Shown here: positions 50,310 to 63,781 of the stretch, piece after piece
Layout of the letters: each line of letters starts with the position of its first letter
How positions within the stretch are numbered: position 1 is the stretch's first letter
Assembly: GCF_009914755.1 (NCBI RefSeq)
Contig: NC_060928.1
Reading direction: 5' to 3' (one strand)
Length of the DNA stretch: 64,000 bases
Origin: the human T2T-CHM13v2.0 reference genome, Homo sapiens
Translations under genes and position numbers: made by a program
The notes under the pieces: model-generated
What the model saw: the letters and a program-made list of their open reading frames with translations, nothing else
What the model was told of the DNA's origin: nothing
Database searches by the model: none

Positions 50310-52570
50310 TCAAACTTGTGATTTCATCTCTTCCTAATTTGCTCTCCTAATTTTTCTCATCTTGGTAAATGGCAACCCCATTCTCCCAGTTGCTTTGGCC
50401 CAAAAACTTAACATCACTTTTGACTCCCCACTTTCTCCCACATCCCATATCTAGTACATTAACAACCCCCTCCCAGCTCTTCCTTCATGAAACAGTAAAT
50501 TCCAAATGTGACTTCTTTGCTGTCAGTCTGGTTCCATTATTATCATCCTTTTGTCTGTATTCTCACAATAGCCTCTTAACTGGTTTTGCTGTTTCTATAC
50601 TTGCCTTTTTCACTGTAATTTTGATATAGTAGCCACAGTGATCCTAATATAATTGAACTCAGATCATGTTGCTTCTCTCCTTAAACCCCTCCAATGGCTT
50701 CCAGTGGCTTCTCTTCTTACTCAAAGTAACATTTCCCAATGTCCTTTAAGGTACTACTATACCCCTCTAATTAATATTCTACTGTTTTCTCCCTTGCTCA
50801 CTGCTTCAGACACCAAGCCTCCTTGCTGTTCCCTGAATATATATGTATATATCTGAGAGAACAATTTCAGAGGGAACAGCAAAGTGCAAAGGCTCTATGG
50901 CAGAAGTGTGCCTGGTATGCATATATATATGAGAGAGATGTGTGTTTATATACATATATGTATACATATATTACTTGATCTTTTACTTCAAGTCTTGCCT
51001 GGATGCCATTCTGTGTAAAATTGCAAATCTCTGCCCCCTACCACACATTTTGTATTCCTCTTCCAGACTTTATTTTTCTTTTTGATACTAACTACTATCT
51101 ATTTTAATGGTATTTTTCGTTTACTGTCTCTTTTATTCTCTGTATATCCACAGCATCTACAGTAACACCTGACACATGGTAGGCACTCAATAATTTTTTT
51201 TTTTACTGACTGAATGAATGAATTAATGAGAGATGAGGCTAGAAAGTTGGTAAGTTTGAGGTTATGCAGAGCCTTGTATGCTGTAGTATGGAGTTTGGAA
51301 TTTTATTTTTAAGGTTATGGAATACTAACAAAGGTTTTAGGTGTAAGGGTGGAATGTCTGGCTTTTTTAGAAAAAAAGTATCTCTGGTTTTTCAAAGATA
51401 ATGCATAATATTAGAAATGAGGAGATCAGTTCAGAGGCTGAGAGAATCACCCAGAGAGGATGAGTTGCACAACTGGAGCACTGATAGTGTAGGGATCAAG
51501 AGATAAGGGCAGGTGTGACAAGTATTTAGGGGATAAATCAGCAGAACTGGCTGAAGGTAGGAGGGTGACAGAAAGGAAAAGGAGAAACGACTGCCATATT
51601 TATGGCTTAATGACTAGTTGGTTAGCTAAGTCACCAGCTGATATTGAGAATACAGGAGGATTAAGAAAAACAGCCCATCTGGGAAAAATGGCAATTTCAG
51701 TTTGGGACAAATTGGTTTGAAATGTCTGGGAAAGACCCAGGTGGATATGTCAGAATGGTAGCTGGATATGTAAGTCTAAGGCTCAGAGGAGACGATGGGG
51801 CTGGAGATATAATGTAGCTGTCATCAGCACATAGATCGTATTGCAAACATGTAGAATTAAAGAACTCATCCAAAGAGATTGTGTGAGAAAAGGGTACAAG
51901 ATGAAGGATGGAATTTGGGGAGCACAGTCACTTAAGGGGAGGTGAGCATAAGAGAAAGTGCTTAAGAAGATTGAGAAGCCATGGTCAGAGGGGTGAAAGG
52001 AAAGAAATGGTCAAAGAAGAGAGTAATATTATAGTCACCAAGGAGAGTAGAAGATGCCCAGAAAGTTTGTATTAACCGTGTTGAGCACAGTTAAAGGAGT
52101 AAGTGGGAGGAGAACTTAATATGGCCCTTCAGATCTGGCAGCATGTAGGCCACCGGTGGCCACGCTGAGGTTGATCTCAATGGAGTGGGGGGAGCGGAGA
52201 CTGTATTGCAGAGGCATAAGGAGTGAATGGAAAGTGGGGAAAGGAAGGCTGAATAAAGGCCATCCTTTCAGGAGCTTGACTGAGGGGTGGAAGGAGAGAA
52301 GTGGGGCCTTAGGTAGGCAACATTACATCTGAGAGGTTTCTCTGAATCTCCCATCCCCAACCATCAAGCCCTTCGGTGTGCTTCCACGGCACTTTGTGCT
52401 TGCCCTATTCATACCCCTTGACTAGACTGCAATGCCTGTTTACTTATCTGCTTCTTCCTCCAGACTCTTAGCTCCTTGAGAGCAGGAATCTTGCCATCTT
52501 CACTATTGCAGCCCGTCAAACAGCATAGTACGCAGCACACAGAAGGCACCTAGTCAACATTTTTGTAATG
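50310..52570. mobile_element. Cluster of L2 fragments in both orientations
   Basis: + L2 ending cacctgacacatggtaggcactcaataa...tgaatgaatgaa near 51222; purine-rich minus L2 51230-52280 (ctggagatataatg...gtcatcagcacatag); short + 3' end 52330-52570. Confidence 0.65.
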
Positions 52571-53573
52571 ATCTCATAAGGGAAAGGAGAGGGTTTTGTT
52601 TTGTTTTACTTTTTAGTTTTTGATATTACCATGAAAGACATATAATCACCTTAGGAGGGAAATGGTAATAGCCCAGACTAGAGAGAGAAATTGAAGAGAT
52701 GGGAGTTAGAGGGGAGGAGAGACTGAGTAAGTGAATTAGGAGTGGTTGCTGGACATTGAGGATAACATGAATAGGAGAATGGGAGGCCAGCTGGGGGTTG
52801 AAAGACTGGAAGGTAAAGAAGTGCTCAAGGATCTCCCTGGAGGAAATAAGGGTGAGAGGGTGCTAAAAACCAGGAGGCCCAGGTTCATTGGAGTGTGGAC
52901 AGATTTTAAGGTTGGCTATAACTGTGTGAAATAGAGATGAAAATCGCTTGAACTGAGGTGGTTGAGAGTGTACAAAGATAGAATATCATTTTAATGGGCA
53001 TTGAAGTTGTCTAGAATGATCTAGACACAGGTAGAAAAAAAAACAGAGATCCAGGTGTCAAGTCTTTACTGAGTGAAAGTGAGAGAGTGATCAGCAAATT
53101 TGTGGATGAAGGCAACATAGGAATCAGAGAGCATGAACTCTAAGGAAAGAGGTTCCTTATCTGTAAAATGAGAGGCTTGTACCAGATGATCCAACCATAA
53201 GAAACTTTTTCAACTCTAAGATCATGTAAATATTCCACAGAGCTTTTGGGCTCTTTATTTCAAGTAATGAAATAGGATCATAGAATGGAAGAACTAGAAG
53301 GGATCTTTAGAAATCACTTAGTCAGACTTCCTCAGTCTGTAAATAAAGAAACTGATTTTTAGTGGTTTAGTCACTTATCCAGAGCTAGGAGGTGGTATGG
53401 TCATGTCAAGAACCTTGGGCCTTGGCTCATGTCCCAGTGTGATTTTTACTCTACCATGTTGCTTTTAAGTTTTCCTCTGGGCTTTCAACAGCATGTGTTG
53501 CTGTTATTCAGACCTGCTGTGGTACCCTTACATTAGTATGTGGCACAAGTTCATGAATCACCACTGTTCCTAA

Positions 53574-53875
<302 letters not shown>

Positions 53876-56368
53876 TGTTACTGTTAATAACTTGTTTTTC
53901 TTTTTATCATTTTTTACCTTTTTGAAGCAATTTGTTTTGGCTATGGATTGACTAGAAATAACCTAGTGTCAATGGCAATGCTGAAAGACATATTTTATCA
54001 TCTGTCATTTATCCATTCTATAATCACAGGTCGTGGATTCTATATCCATATCTTATATTCATATAGAATAGCTAGCTGGATAGGGACAGAAAGACAGATA
54101 GACAGAAAAAGATTGAGAGAAAGAACACAAAGGTATTTAGAACCTTGAATAGTTAACCCAGTTCTGTCAGAAGCTATCCTGTCTAAGGATTTCTGGAGAA
54201 TATGTCTGCACAAAAGACAATGCCATTCAAAGGAGCACGGCATTACGTGGTAAGGTTTTGGCTGCAAACCTCAATGCAGATAATAATGACATTTACTTAA
54301 TAAAGTTGTTGTGAAAATTAACTCTCTCTCTCTCTATATATGTATATATCTATATGTATGCATATATGTAGTATGCATATATGTACATATGCATATAAAT
54401 GTGTGGAGGAGTACCCCACTATTGTAAGCACTCAATAAGTGTTAGCTATAATGATCAAATTATCATTATTGTTGGTGGTTCTCCTAGGTCCTAAGCAAGT
54501 AATCTTGCCCCCAGCGATCTTCACTGATGTTTTTTGCCCCTGCAACCGCTTTCTAAACCACAACACTGCAAAGCCTGGAGAAGGACTCCTTTGTGTTCCA
54601 TGCAGCCCACAGCTCACCAAGCCATTCAGGGTTACATGGTTAGGTGGCAGGAACTCCTTGATTCTCATTCTTCAAGCACCCACACGCAAAATTTTTATTC
54701 CTCCTTTAACTCAACTCTTTTATGTTCCACCAGAAATTCAATAGATAGACCAAGTTGGGAACCATCCTCTCCCCTCCCGCTACTGCCACTAGCAAATATA
54801 TATATATATACACACAAACACATACACATATATACACACACACATACATATTATTATATTTATAAAATGAGCTTTGAGGGCTAAATCTGAAAGTTAGCTT
54901 TTATGTAAAACAAAGAAAACTAATCTGGGGGCATGAAACATTCCTTGAAGTCTTCCATTCTACCTGCCTTTCTCCCTTGCTCCCGGCTTCCATGTTAGAC
55001 TATCAACACTTAGATCATGTTATTTTCAATCTGTATGAAATTCTTAGTGGAAATTAGGCTAATGTAGTTTCTCTAATTGTTTTAGTGGAAATCAGACAAG
55101 TGTAGTTTTATCTTGGGGTTCAGAGGACACTTTTCTGAAAAGTGATTAATATTGCATAGTATGTATAATTTCATAAAATCCCATGTCATATAAGTTTTAT
55201 CCTTTATCAAAAAAATAGGAATTTGATGATCACTTTATTGATGTATTTATCTGTTTAGTGGGTTAATGGTTGTAAAAACTTAGTCCTATTTCCCATCCAC
55301 TCTTGTAGATATATGATGTTAGAATTCTCTTGTAGGTACAATTTTTTTAAAAATGAAGCAACCAAAAATAAATAATAAATATTAATAACATTAACACACA
55401 CGCACACACACACACACAAACTTTTTTCTTTTTATTCTACTGGTTGAATTCTTGGTAGACTTTTATCCTGTGGATAAGTCATGATTTCCTGGCTAATGTA
55501 GGATCTCCTACCATTTTTGGTCAAAATCACTAATTGCCTGTTCTGCCACATCACTAGGCTTGAGAAAATCCTAAGTAGAGGAGCAGCATGAGTAGGAAGA
55601 TCTAATATGAGAGTCGTGGGCCTCAAAGACAAGCTAATGCTCTTCACTCCATATTTTTAACAACTCTTAGATAAACAGATTATTTACAGTGGTGATTGGA
55701 TGGTTGACATGTGACACCTCCCCAGTAAATCTTGGGGTATCAGGTGGTGGCCTATTCTCTTGATAGTATCAAGAAACACAATTGCAATTATAGAAGCTCT
55801 GGGAACAATGTAGATCTTTACTAGAGCTTAGGAATTCTACTCAGCTTACCGCAGTGTGTATATATGATACCTCTGCAGAGATATTACTTCCTCTCAGAAC
55901 TTTGTCCTGCAACCTCCTGTCCCAGGTAAAAGTTACCTATGAGAACTTCAGCTGCTTCACTGGCTGCACTAGGCTGTGTAAGATACCAGACAGCTGGAAG
56001 ACCTGCCAGCTCTGTGGCCATCCCCCACCTGAGTCTTCTGCCTCTTCCCAGCAGGAGAAAACTGCTTATCTTGTGTAAATCTCCTAGGGTTTCTAGTGAA
56101 ACAAAGTCTCAAGTTCATCACATGTGAAAAGATGTAGAGTTTTTTTTTCAAGGAAATTACTTTTACAGAGGGGGTTCATTTTATCTTTGAGCGAAGCTTA
56201 TCTGGACACAGAACCTTTTTTTCAGTCTATTCATTTTATCCCATCTGTTGTTGTCACCTCAGAAACGCATGAGATTTAGTGAATGTAAGATGACTTAGGG
56301 TCTGATGAACTATTGTGACTTGGTGTGTGCTGCTGCTGTTTTACTTTGAGCTGCTTTTAAATGCTCAG

Positions 56369-56461
56369 GGAGAAGTGCTTCAAATAGCTGCCAACCAATG
56401 CTGTCCTGAGTGTGTTTTGAGGACTCCAGGATCTTGCCATCATGAAAAGAAAATCCATGAG
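56369..56461 (+). CDS. FRAS1: FRAS1 coding exon (exon 4), 93 nt, phase 0-0; end of VWC1 and start of VWC2
   Basis: Acceptor atgctcag|GGA and donor GAG|gtaagt. Translates GEVLQIAANQCCPECVLRTPGSCHHEKKIHE (CCPxC VWC terminus), in frame with the preceding exon. Confidence 0.96.
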
Positions 56462-56941
56462 GTAAGTGTTTTCTGACTCACGGTTGATTCTGTGTCTGCA
56501 GATCTCTGACAAGGGAAAAGCTGAATGTTAAACTTGTGTTGATGAGAGTTTTTTTCTTTGCCTGGATTGTGGAGGATCTGAAGCCCATTTGACTTTCTGT
56601 GAGCATTTAGGTTTCTTGTATAAGAGTAAAACATTCTGTAGGCTCTACATAAATATTTGTAGATTGAATTTGTGTCTGAGAATGTTGATGTTGAAGAAGT
56701 TGTGATGCTGAATAGTAAAAGTACCTCCCTCCTTTTATGTACTACATACATTTTAAATTTGATAGTTACAAACAATCCTGAGCTGGTGAGTAGAGCAGAT
56801 GTTATTACTCCCATGTTAAATACGAAAAAATTTAATTGCAAAGAGCTTAGGTACTTGCCCAATGTCATATTACTAATAAATGGTATAACCTGGTCTAGAA
56901 CCCTGGTCTTCTGACTCCTAATTCAGGGCTCTTTTTACTAT

Positions 56942-57150
56942 AGTAGAAATTTTCAACTTAGCAGCCTTGGCATTTTAAGCTTTGTTGTGGGAGCTGTGCT
57001 TTGCATTGTAGGACATTTAGCTGCATCCCTGGTCTTTTCCCACTAGATGCTAGTAGCATCCCTCAGTCATGTCAACCAGAAATCTTTGCAGACATGGCCA
57101 AATTTCCCTTGGGGGCAAAATGCTCACCTTCCCCCTTTTGAGAACTACAG
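56942..57150 (-). mobile_element. MER20 (hAT-Charlie)
   Basis: tgcattgtagga...catccctgg...cccactagatgctagtagca...ccttgggggcaaaat...ttgagaactac. Confidence 0.8.
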
Positions 57151-57780
57151 GACTAGAAATCTTTTCTCAAGTTCTTAAAATTACACTTTCTCATTTCAGA
57201 TCATTCAGGATTAATTTAGAAATATTAAATATGATTAAAAAGTACCAACTGCAAAGTCTATAATAGAAATTATGAAAATAGACAGTTTATCTTCATTGAT
57301 ATGTAAATGTTACCTGAGGTAGTAGGTACGGTTGAATACGATGGAAAGAGACTTTGCTTTAATCCTCATCTTCCACCTGATACAAAACTTTCCCCAAGTT
57401 AGTGTCTCTTTATTCAGGAGAGAGCATAGGTTAGTAGGATTTGATATATCTACTTGAGGCTGCTATTCAGTGTGGGGACCTAAAACTCAGAAAGCACAGT
57501 GCTCATTTCCCTGTGGGGCAGGATTATCTTACTCGAGCCACTGTTTCCTAATTACACAAGGAAGCCACTCTTTCACTTCTGCACAATGTGTTGCTGAAAG
57601 ACATCCAAGCAGGATCTACACTGAGAATGTCTTCAGACCACGTATCACTATGTGCTGCTCGATTCAGCCTGTGTTATGTAGGGTGGTGTTGTCTTTAAAT
57701 GTCACAGAAGAAAATCCCTATGAACTGAAAAGTGCCTCAGGGCAGAGTGGTGATGAAAATAATGCCAGTTCCGAATGATT

Positions 57781-57830
57781 ATGATAAGTGCATGGTTCAA
57801 GGTGAATGATAAGTGCATGGTTCAACCTGA
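57781..57830. repeat. Tandem duplication, 2 x 25 bp
   Basis: ATGATAAGTGCATGGTTCAA(GG/CC)TGA twice. Confidence 0.9.
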
Positions 57831-60181
57831 ATCTTTCAAGTGAAGGAGTTGTTAGGAGCCAAAATAAGTCCAGGATCTGGGGGAAAAAAAAAACCAGACA
57901 TATCAAATAAGAGGTGGTACCAGGGACATGGGAGATCAGAATTCAGTAAATCTTTGCATGGACCACACTAATGACATCATATGCTCTCTCATGTCATGTG
58001 TGTGCACATGTGCAGTCTTCTTAATTTAAGATGCCTGAGAATATTGACAATATTTTCTATATTTTTACAATTATCTTTCCTGCCTCTCACTTACCTGGCA
58101 CTTAGCACTGAACTTTTCCCAGAGTAGGTGCTCAATAAACACAGGTGAATAAAAGATTCAAAAAATTAGTAAATCTTTTCTCCAACTTCTCTATGACCTC
58201 ATCTTAAGGGCATGTTGGTCATTAACCAGTGTGGCTGGTTAGCTCTGGGACCACAGATCTGCCTTGGGTTAGTTAGAAATCCTCCTAGCCTCCCACTTTT
58301 GCAGGGAGAGTTCAGAAAGTTCTCCCGCTGGTCTTTCTTCTCCCCACTTCCCTTGTGGTTCATCCCTCTGCAATAATACACCATGTAGAAAGCTCTAAAC
58401 TGGGTAAGAATATACCCATGTGTTGCTTTTCCATATGTGTCTTTCAAAATTTACTCCCTCTGAAAATGTTATATTTCTGGTATTTGATGTAACTGAGCAA
58501 AAGGATGAATTTCAAAACTATAGTTTTTTGGGGAAAAAATCTCTAGTGGATTGCTTCTTCAAATAGAGCTAGAAGATGGATTTTTTTTAAGGCGAGACAA
58601 AATCTTCTAATTTTAGTCTTAATAAAGTTAAAATAATTATGTTTCTTGTCTTTCTGTCCTTCCTCTCTTTCTTTCTTCACTTCCTCTAGGTTCTTACCAA
58701 ACACTCCTTAGTGCATTAATTTTCTTGAGTGGGTTAAATGCTTGTCTGGTCTGGTCTGGGTCTCACCTCATCACTTGCATCACTAGTTTTGTTTGTTTAT
58801 TTTTGACTCTTGTAGCATTTCCTTTCTTGCTTGTTTGGGGAGCAGTTTCCAGGGTACTTTTCCCTCCTGCTGAATAGCAGTGATCTTCTCTCTTTGGCCT
58901 CTGGCTTGCCTCCCCTAGGGCGGGTAATGGAGACTCCCAGTAGCTATAAAATAGCCTGGCATTTTAAGAACTTTGGAATGGTGATCTGAAGTGGAAGCTT
59001 TCCCCTAAGACAGATTGAGAAGAGGATTTAGGATAGATTCGGTGTGGCAGGAGGGGAGGCAGTTGAAGTGATACTGTCCCCGGAGAATATGGTTCAAATA
59101 AAGGAAAGTGAAGGACTGGCTGAGCTAAGGGCTGCGTGAGAAGACTACCCCTTAATAAAACAGCGGAGCCTTGGGGGAGGACCTCCTTTGCTTGCAGAGG
59201 TGGCAGCGTCTTATACAACTGGCATTTCAGCAAGTCAAGACTAGTCTCAAGATCTTTCCTGGAGTGAGGAAAACACTTGAACATTTTGGCTGACTCCAGG
59301 TTATTTGAGAGTGTTGCAAGGGTTTATTATAGCCAGGATTTGGGGGATCATTTCATCTATGACCTTCGCAAAGCTATACTTTGAAATTAACTTTTGGATT
59401 TGTGCCTCGCCATGCCAACCAGCCAGGGAGGCAAGCCTCAAATGCGTTTTAGAGTTGTTTGAATACTTTTTTTTCTGTGCTTTCCCCACAAATTACTTTG
59501 TGAAAGGGAGGGGAAAGGACCATGAATCCCCTTTCTTTTCCTGTTTACTAATCTAACCTCAGCACCAGATAATGTCAAATCTGAGTAGATGGGGCTTGAA
59601 GGTTTACTGAAAAATGAAATGGCTTCTAGTGCCCAGCCTGATTGAATGGGGAGTAGGAAGGGACAGGCCTGCTCACTTTGTTTGTGAGGCTAAAAGGATA
59701 ACTAATTTATGTGTATGAGGCAAGAAATAAGTATTGAGTTCTTCAGCCTTGTTCTCCTCAAAGTAGAGGATGTAATTATAATATGCACTGAACATTCCCA
59801 GATATTTAGTATTCTGGATCTATAACTCCATAACAGGAACAAATTATATGAAGAAAAATTGTATTTTTGTTCTGTCAGTAAGCCAGGCAAATGCTTTTTG
59901 ACCTTATCTTTCTTTTGGACTTATGTCAACAGCCAAGCCAACTTGTTAGTTGACTATGCAGGAGAATATATTTAAGATGTTGTCTGCAGAGTTTGCTTCT
60001 GCCCAGTGTCAAGATGTCATGTTTTCGAAACAGTATTAATGAGGTTAAGATGGCACAGGTAAAACCGGGTCCTGTGGGAGCATTGCTTTGTGTATCTATT
60101 ATTCCTTCATTTTACAGAGCTCTCTTTGCTACTACAGTGTTTATAAAAAATAATGCTTTCATAAACGTGTATGAAGAACTG

Positions 60182-60242
60182 ATATATATATATATGCATA
60201 TATATATATATGCATATATATATATGCATATATATATATATA

Positions 60243-60278
<36 letters not shown>

Positions 60279-60279
60279 T
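60182..60279. repeat. (TA)n tract punctuated by TGCA
   Basis: Five ATATGCAT palindromic centres separated by TA runs. Confidence 0.95.
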
Positions 60280-60512
60280 GTGCTGATGCCTTGATCTCTA
60301 GGCTGGGTGTGTTGCATGCATAATCAATCCTCAGAACACTCACTCTGGGGAAGGAGGTGTCACTGTTTCAAAGTCAAAAGACACAAAAATGGAGTAAACT
60401 TAGGTGACTTGTCTCCTGGAGAGATGTGAGAGGGAATTCTTTTCATCATGCTGCACACTTTGGATCACTGTCTGGACTTTCTTCTGTGGCTTTGACATCA
60501 AGCAGTGGAGCC

Positions 60513-60813
60513 TTTTTTTTTTTTTTTTTTTTTTTTGAGATGGAGTCTCACTCTGTCTCCCAGTTGCAGTGGTATGATCTTGGCTCACTGGAACCCCTAC
60601 CTCTCAAGTTCAAGTGATTCTCGTGCCTCAGCCTCCCAAGTAGCTGGGACTACTGGCAACCGCCACCACACCCAGCTAATTTTTGTATTTTTAGTGGAGA
60701 TGGGGTTTCACCATGCTGACCAGGCTGGTCTTGAACTCCTGACCTCAAGTGATCCACTCGCCTTGGCCTCCCAAAGTGCTGGGATTACAAGCATGAGCCA
60801 CCGTTGTCCAGCC
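60513..60813 (-). mobile_element. AluS
   Basis: Long poly-T followed by a full antisense dimer. Confidence 0.92.
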
Positions 60814-62544
60814 TGAATGTTTTTCTTAATTCCCACAATTCTCAGGCTTTTGGGAAGGGAGAACCCATTGCTTAATTTTATGTCTTTTGAGTTAGATAAT
60901 AAATTTACATGATCAGAGAGAGTGGGTACTGAAGAGATCAGCTAATATAGCCCTCTTATTTTACAGATGAACGACAACTTTGGTGATTGGCAGGCTGTTG
61001 TTATAATTAATTTTTCTGGTCTCTGTCTGAAAGGTAGTGTGACTGCAATGTTTTGGAAACAACAGTGGTGTTTCTTGGTAGTAACAGAAGTTCTTGTTTT
61101 ATGAAGTGAAATGTCTAGATGTTTAGAGCAGTCTTCTAATTTTTAATAAAATGAAGTTTACTTCAAGTTGTTCTATATAGTCTTTAAATTAAGACTTTAA
61201 GATTTTACTTTAAATATATGTAGTCAAATATATATAGTCTTTAAATTAAGACATTAATTTTGACTTTAAGATATATAAATGATTCATTAGATATTTTAAA
61301 CAATAATTTGCTTTCTGATGACAAAAAATATTTTCTTGGGGAAAATTTGGAAAAGAGAAAAGTATACAAGCAGAAAAAATATCACTAGTAATCCGAATAC
61401 TCTGAAAACCACTGTTAATGTTCTTTCAGTTTTGGTGGAGGGGTTGGCAGTGGAGATAGATAATACATACAGATCTATGTTTTAACATAATTGGAATTAT
61501 GCTGTGTTTTATGTCTTGCCTTTTTATATAACATTATATTGTAAATAGTTCCTTAGTGTACTCTTGGAGAACATGATTTCCTGTTATTAGATATTTGTGT
61601 AGCTTCCAATTTTCACTAAAATATTTTCAATTTCACTATAAAGAACAATAGATGGCATTTCTTGTATTTAAGCCTTTTGTGTGTCATTAATCATTTTCTT
61701 CAGATAACATATAAAAAGTGAAATTAGTAGGTCAAGGCATCTAAAGAGTTTGAGTATTGAAGCTGTGACATCTTTAGTCATTAAAATTTAATTTTAAGTC
61801 TTCTGTGTCTAGTGATAAGCCCAGGGGAAATACCACAGATACTGCATCCTCTTTTCAAGTGTGATTATACTGGGGAGGCATCCCCTGGTTGAGTGATTCC
61901 AGGTGTTATCGTGAGGGAAGGCTTTGTGTGTGAGAGAATTTCTTTCCCTTCACTGTAGCTTCACCAAGTCTAGGTACCATGAATGTTAAAGTCTTTTCAT
62001 ATCAGATATTTAAAACGTTATAATTTTATAATTAGTATTTTTTACAATTAATACATTTGAACATTCTGTAAGTTTTTGCTATTTTGAAAATTTGAAATGT
62101 CTTTTTCTTACTTCTTATAAATGCTTTTATATATTAGAGTTTAGTTCTAATTAATATAATCTGCAATTTTTAAGATCAGTTTGTCCTTTGCCTTTTAATT
62201 TTATTTTATATATTTTATGATGTGTTTTTGGCAGATTTAAAAATTTTAACTCATTAAATCCTATCAATTTTCTTTTAAGTTCTTTCTTTGCTTTCATGTG
62301 TAGGCCTTTTCAAGCATAAAGGTCAATTGCCCTGTCTTTTATTGGCCCACAGTTTGTGGACTTGCCCATTTCTATGCTGTACTAAATTTGAAACTTATAT
62401 ATAATTGTAGCAGAAGTAAGAATGGATGGGAGAGGACTTGACCTTTGTATCTGTGTCCATTCCTGCTACTTACAGTCAATACAAGGTGTGGAAGAAGGGA
62501 GGAAGTTCAGGAAATCATGCAATAGAAATGAGAGAAGTTTGAGC

Positions 62545-62780
62545 ATCTTTCTATTTTAAGATGTTTAATTGACAAATGAAGATCAAATATAGTCAAGGTG
62601 TACAACACGGTTGGATATGCATATATATTGTGTAATAATTACCACAATCAAATTAATTAACTCATCCATCACCCCCCATGCTGTACCTTAGATCCTCAGA
62701 ACTTGTTCATCTTATAGCTGGAAGTTTGTAGCCTTGGCCAACATCTCCCTAGCCCTGGGTAACACTGTTCTACTCTGGAT
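62545..62780 (-). mobile_element. L1MA-like 3' end fragment
   Basis: tttaattgacaaat...caaggtgtacaac...accacaatcaaattaattaac...agaacttgttcatcttata. Confidence 0.7.
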
Positions 62781-63568
62781 TGAGCACCAGTACACTGCAC
62801 ACCTGGGTGGCTCTTTAGCAGGCTAGCTCATTTAACCCTCAGAAGAGCCCACTGGTGAAGGGAATGTTGTCATACCATTTTATTATTATAGATCAAGAAA
62901 CTGAGAGTGAAAAAGATTAAGTCACTTACCTATAGTTTCCAAGGCAGGAAGGGCTGAGCTGGGATCTGTGAATGTGCATGTGGCCAAGTAAATCCTTGGT
63001 CTGTGCAACTCAGTGCTTGGGTACATCATTTCCTGCTTGTCCTCCCTGTTGGCTATCACACTTTCTTCAGGGCCATGAGATCACTGGAACAGTTGAGAGA
63101 GAGAGAGAGAGAGACAGAAAGGGGGGAGTGGAATATGGGAACTAATCAGGATAAAAAGTAAAGTCAAAGAAAGGAAACAGGATCAGAGAGAGCTACTGAA
63201 AAGGATATAGTCATTATGAAGAACACAGTAAACATATGTGTATTTGAATTGGGGCTTTATAGAATGTTTTAAATGGTAGGAGATTAGGTTATTTTTATTT
63301 TCTTTTTGTATTTTGTATTTACAAATTTTCTGAAATTTGTAAATAAAAAATCTTCGCGGTAATAGAAGGAGAAGTCCATGTTTAAACTGGCCTTTGACTT
63401 GAAGCCTTGCAAATTCCACTCTCAACCTTGCAAGCTCATAGCTTTATTCCACCTTTCCCTGAGCTCCATCCTTAATTTGGATAAGAGAAGATTTGTTTCT
63501 ATTTGGCTGAATGAAAGCCTGTGTTTTGGCACTAACCTTTTTTTTTTTTCTGTCTCCCTAACACACAG

Positions 63569-63728
63569 CATGGGACAGAATGGGCCTCTTCTCCATGTAG
63601 TGTGTGCTCTTGCAATCATGGGGAAGTCCGATGTACCCCCCAACCATGCCCACCGCTGTCATGTGGACACCAGGAGCTGGCATTCATCCCTGAAGGAAGC
63701 TGCTGCCCAGTTTGTGTGGGCCTTGGGA
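63569..63728 (+). CDS. FRAS1: FRAS1 coding exon (exon 5), 160 nt, phase 0-1; VWC domain 2
   Basis: Poly-T tract with CTAAC branch-like motifs, acceptor acacacag|CAT, donor GGA|gtgagt. Translates HGTEWASSPCSVCSCNHGEVRCTPQPCPPLSCGHQELAFIPEGSCCPVCVGLG; overlaps ORF-track 63602..63859. Confidence 0.96.
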
Positions 63729-63781
63729 GTGAGTATGAGCTTGTAGAAGGGGACCCTCTTTGCTTGGGAGGTTCACATGGC

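Noticed and set aside
56440-56914. 142 aa and 80 aa ORFs beside exon 4
   Set aside because: Non-ATG starts, partly MIR-derived, no recognisable domain or splice support.
58943-58955. GCTATAAAATAGC as a TATA box or MEF2 site
   Set aside because: One base too long for YTAW4TAR and no promoter context; expected by chance in AT-rich DNA.
63378-63746. 122 aa ORF overlapping exon 5
   Set aside because: Alternative frame without the VWC cysteine pattern; the splice-defined frame explains the region.
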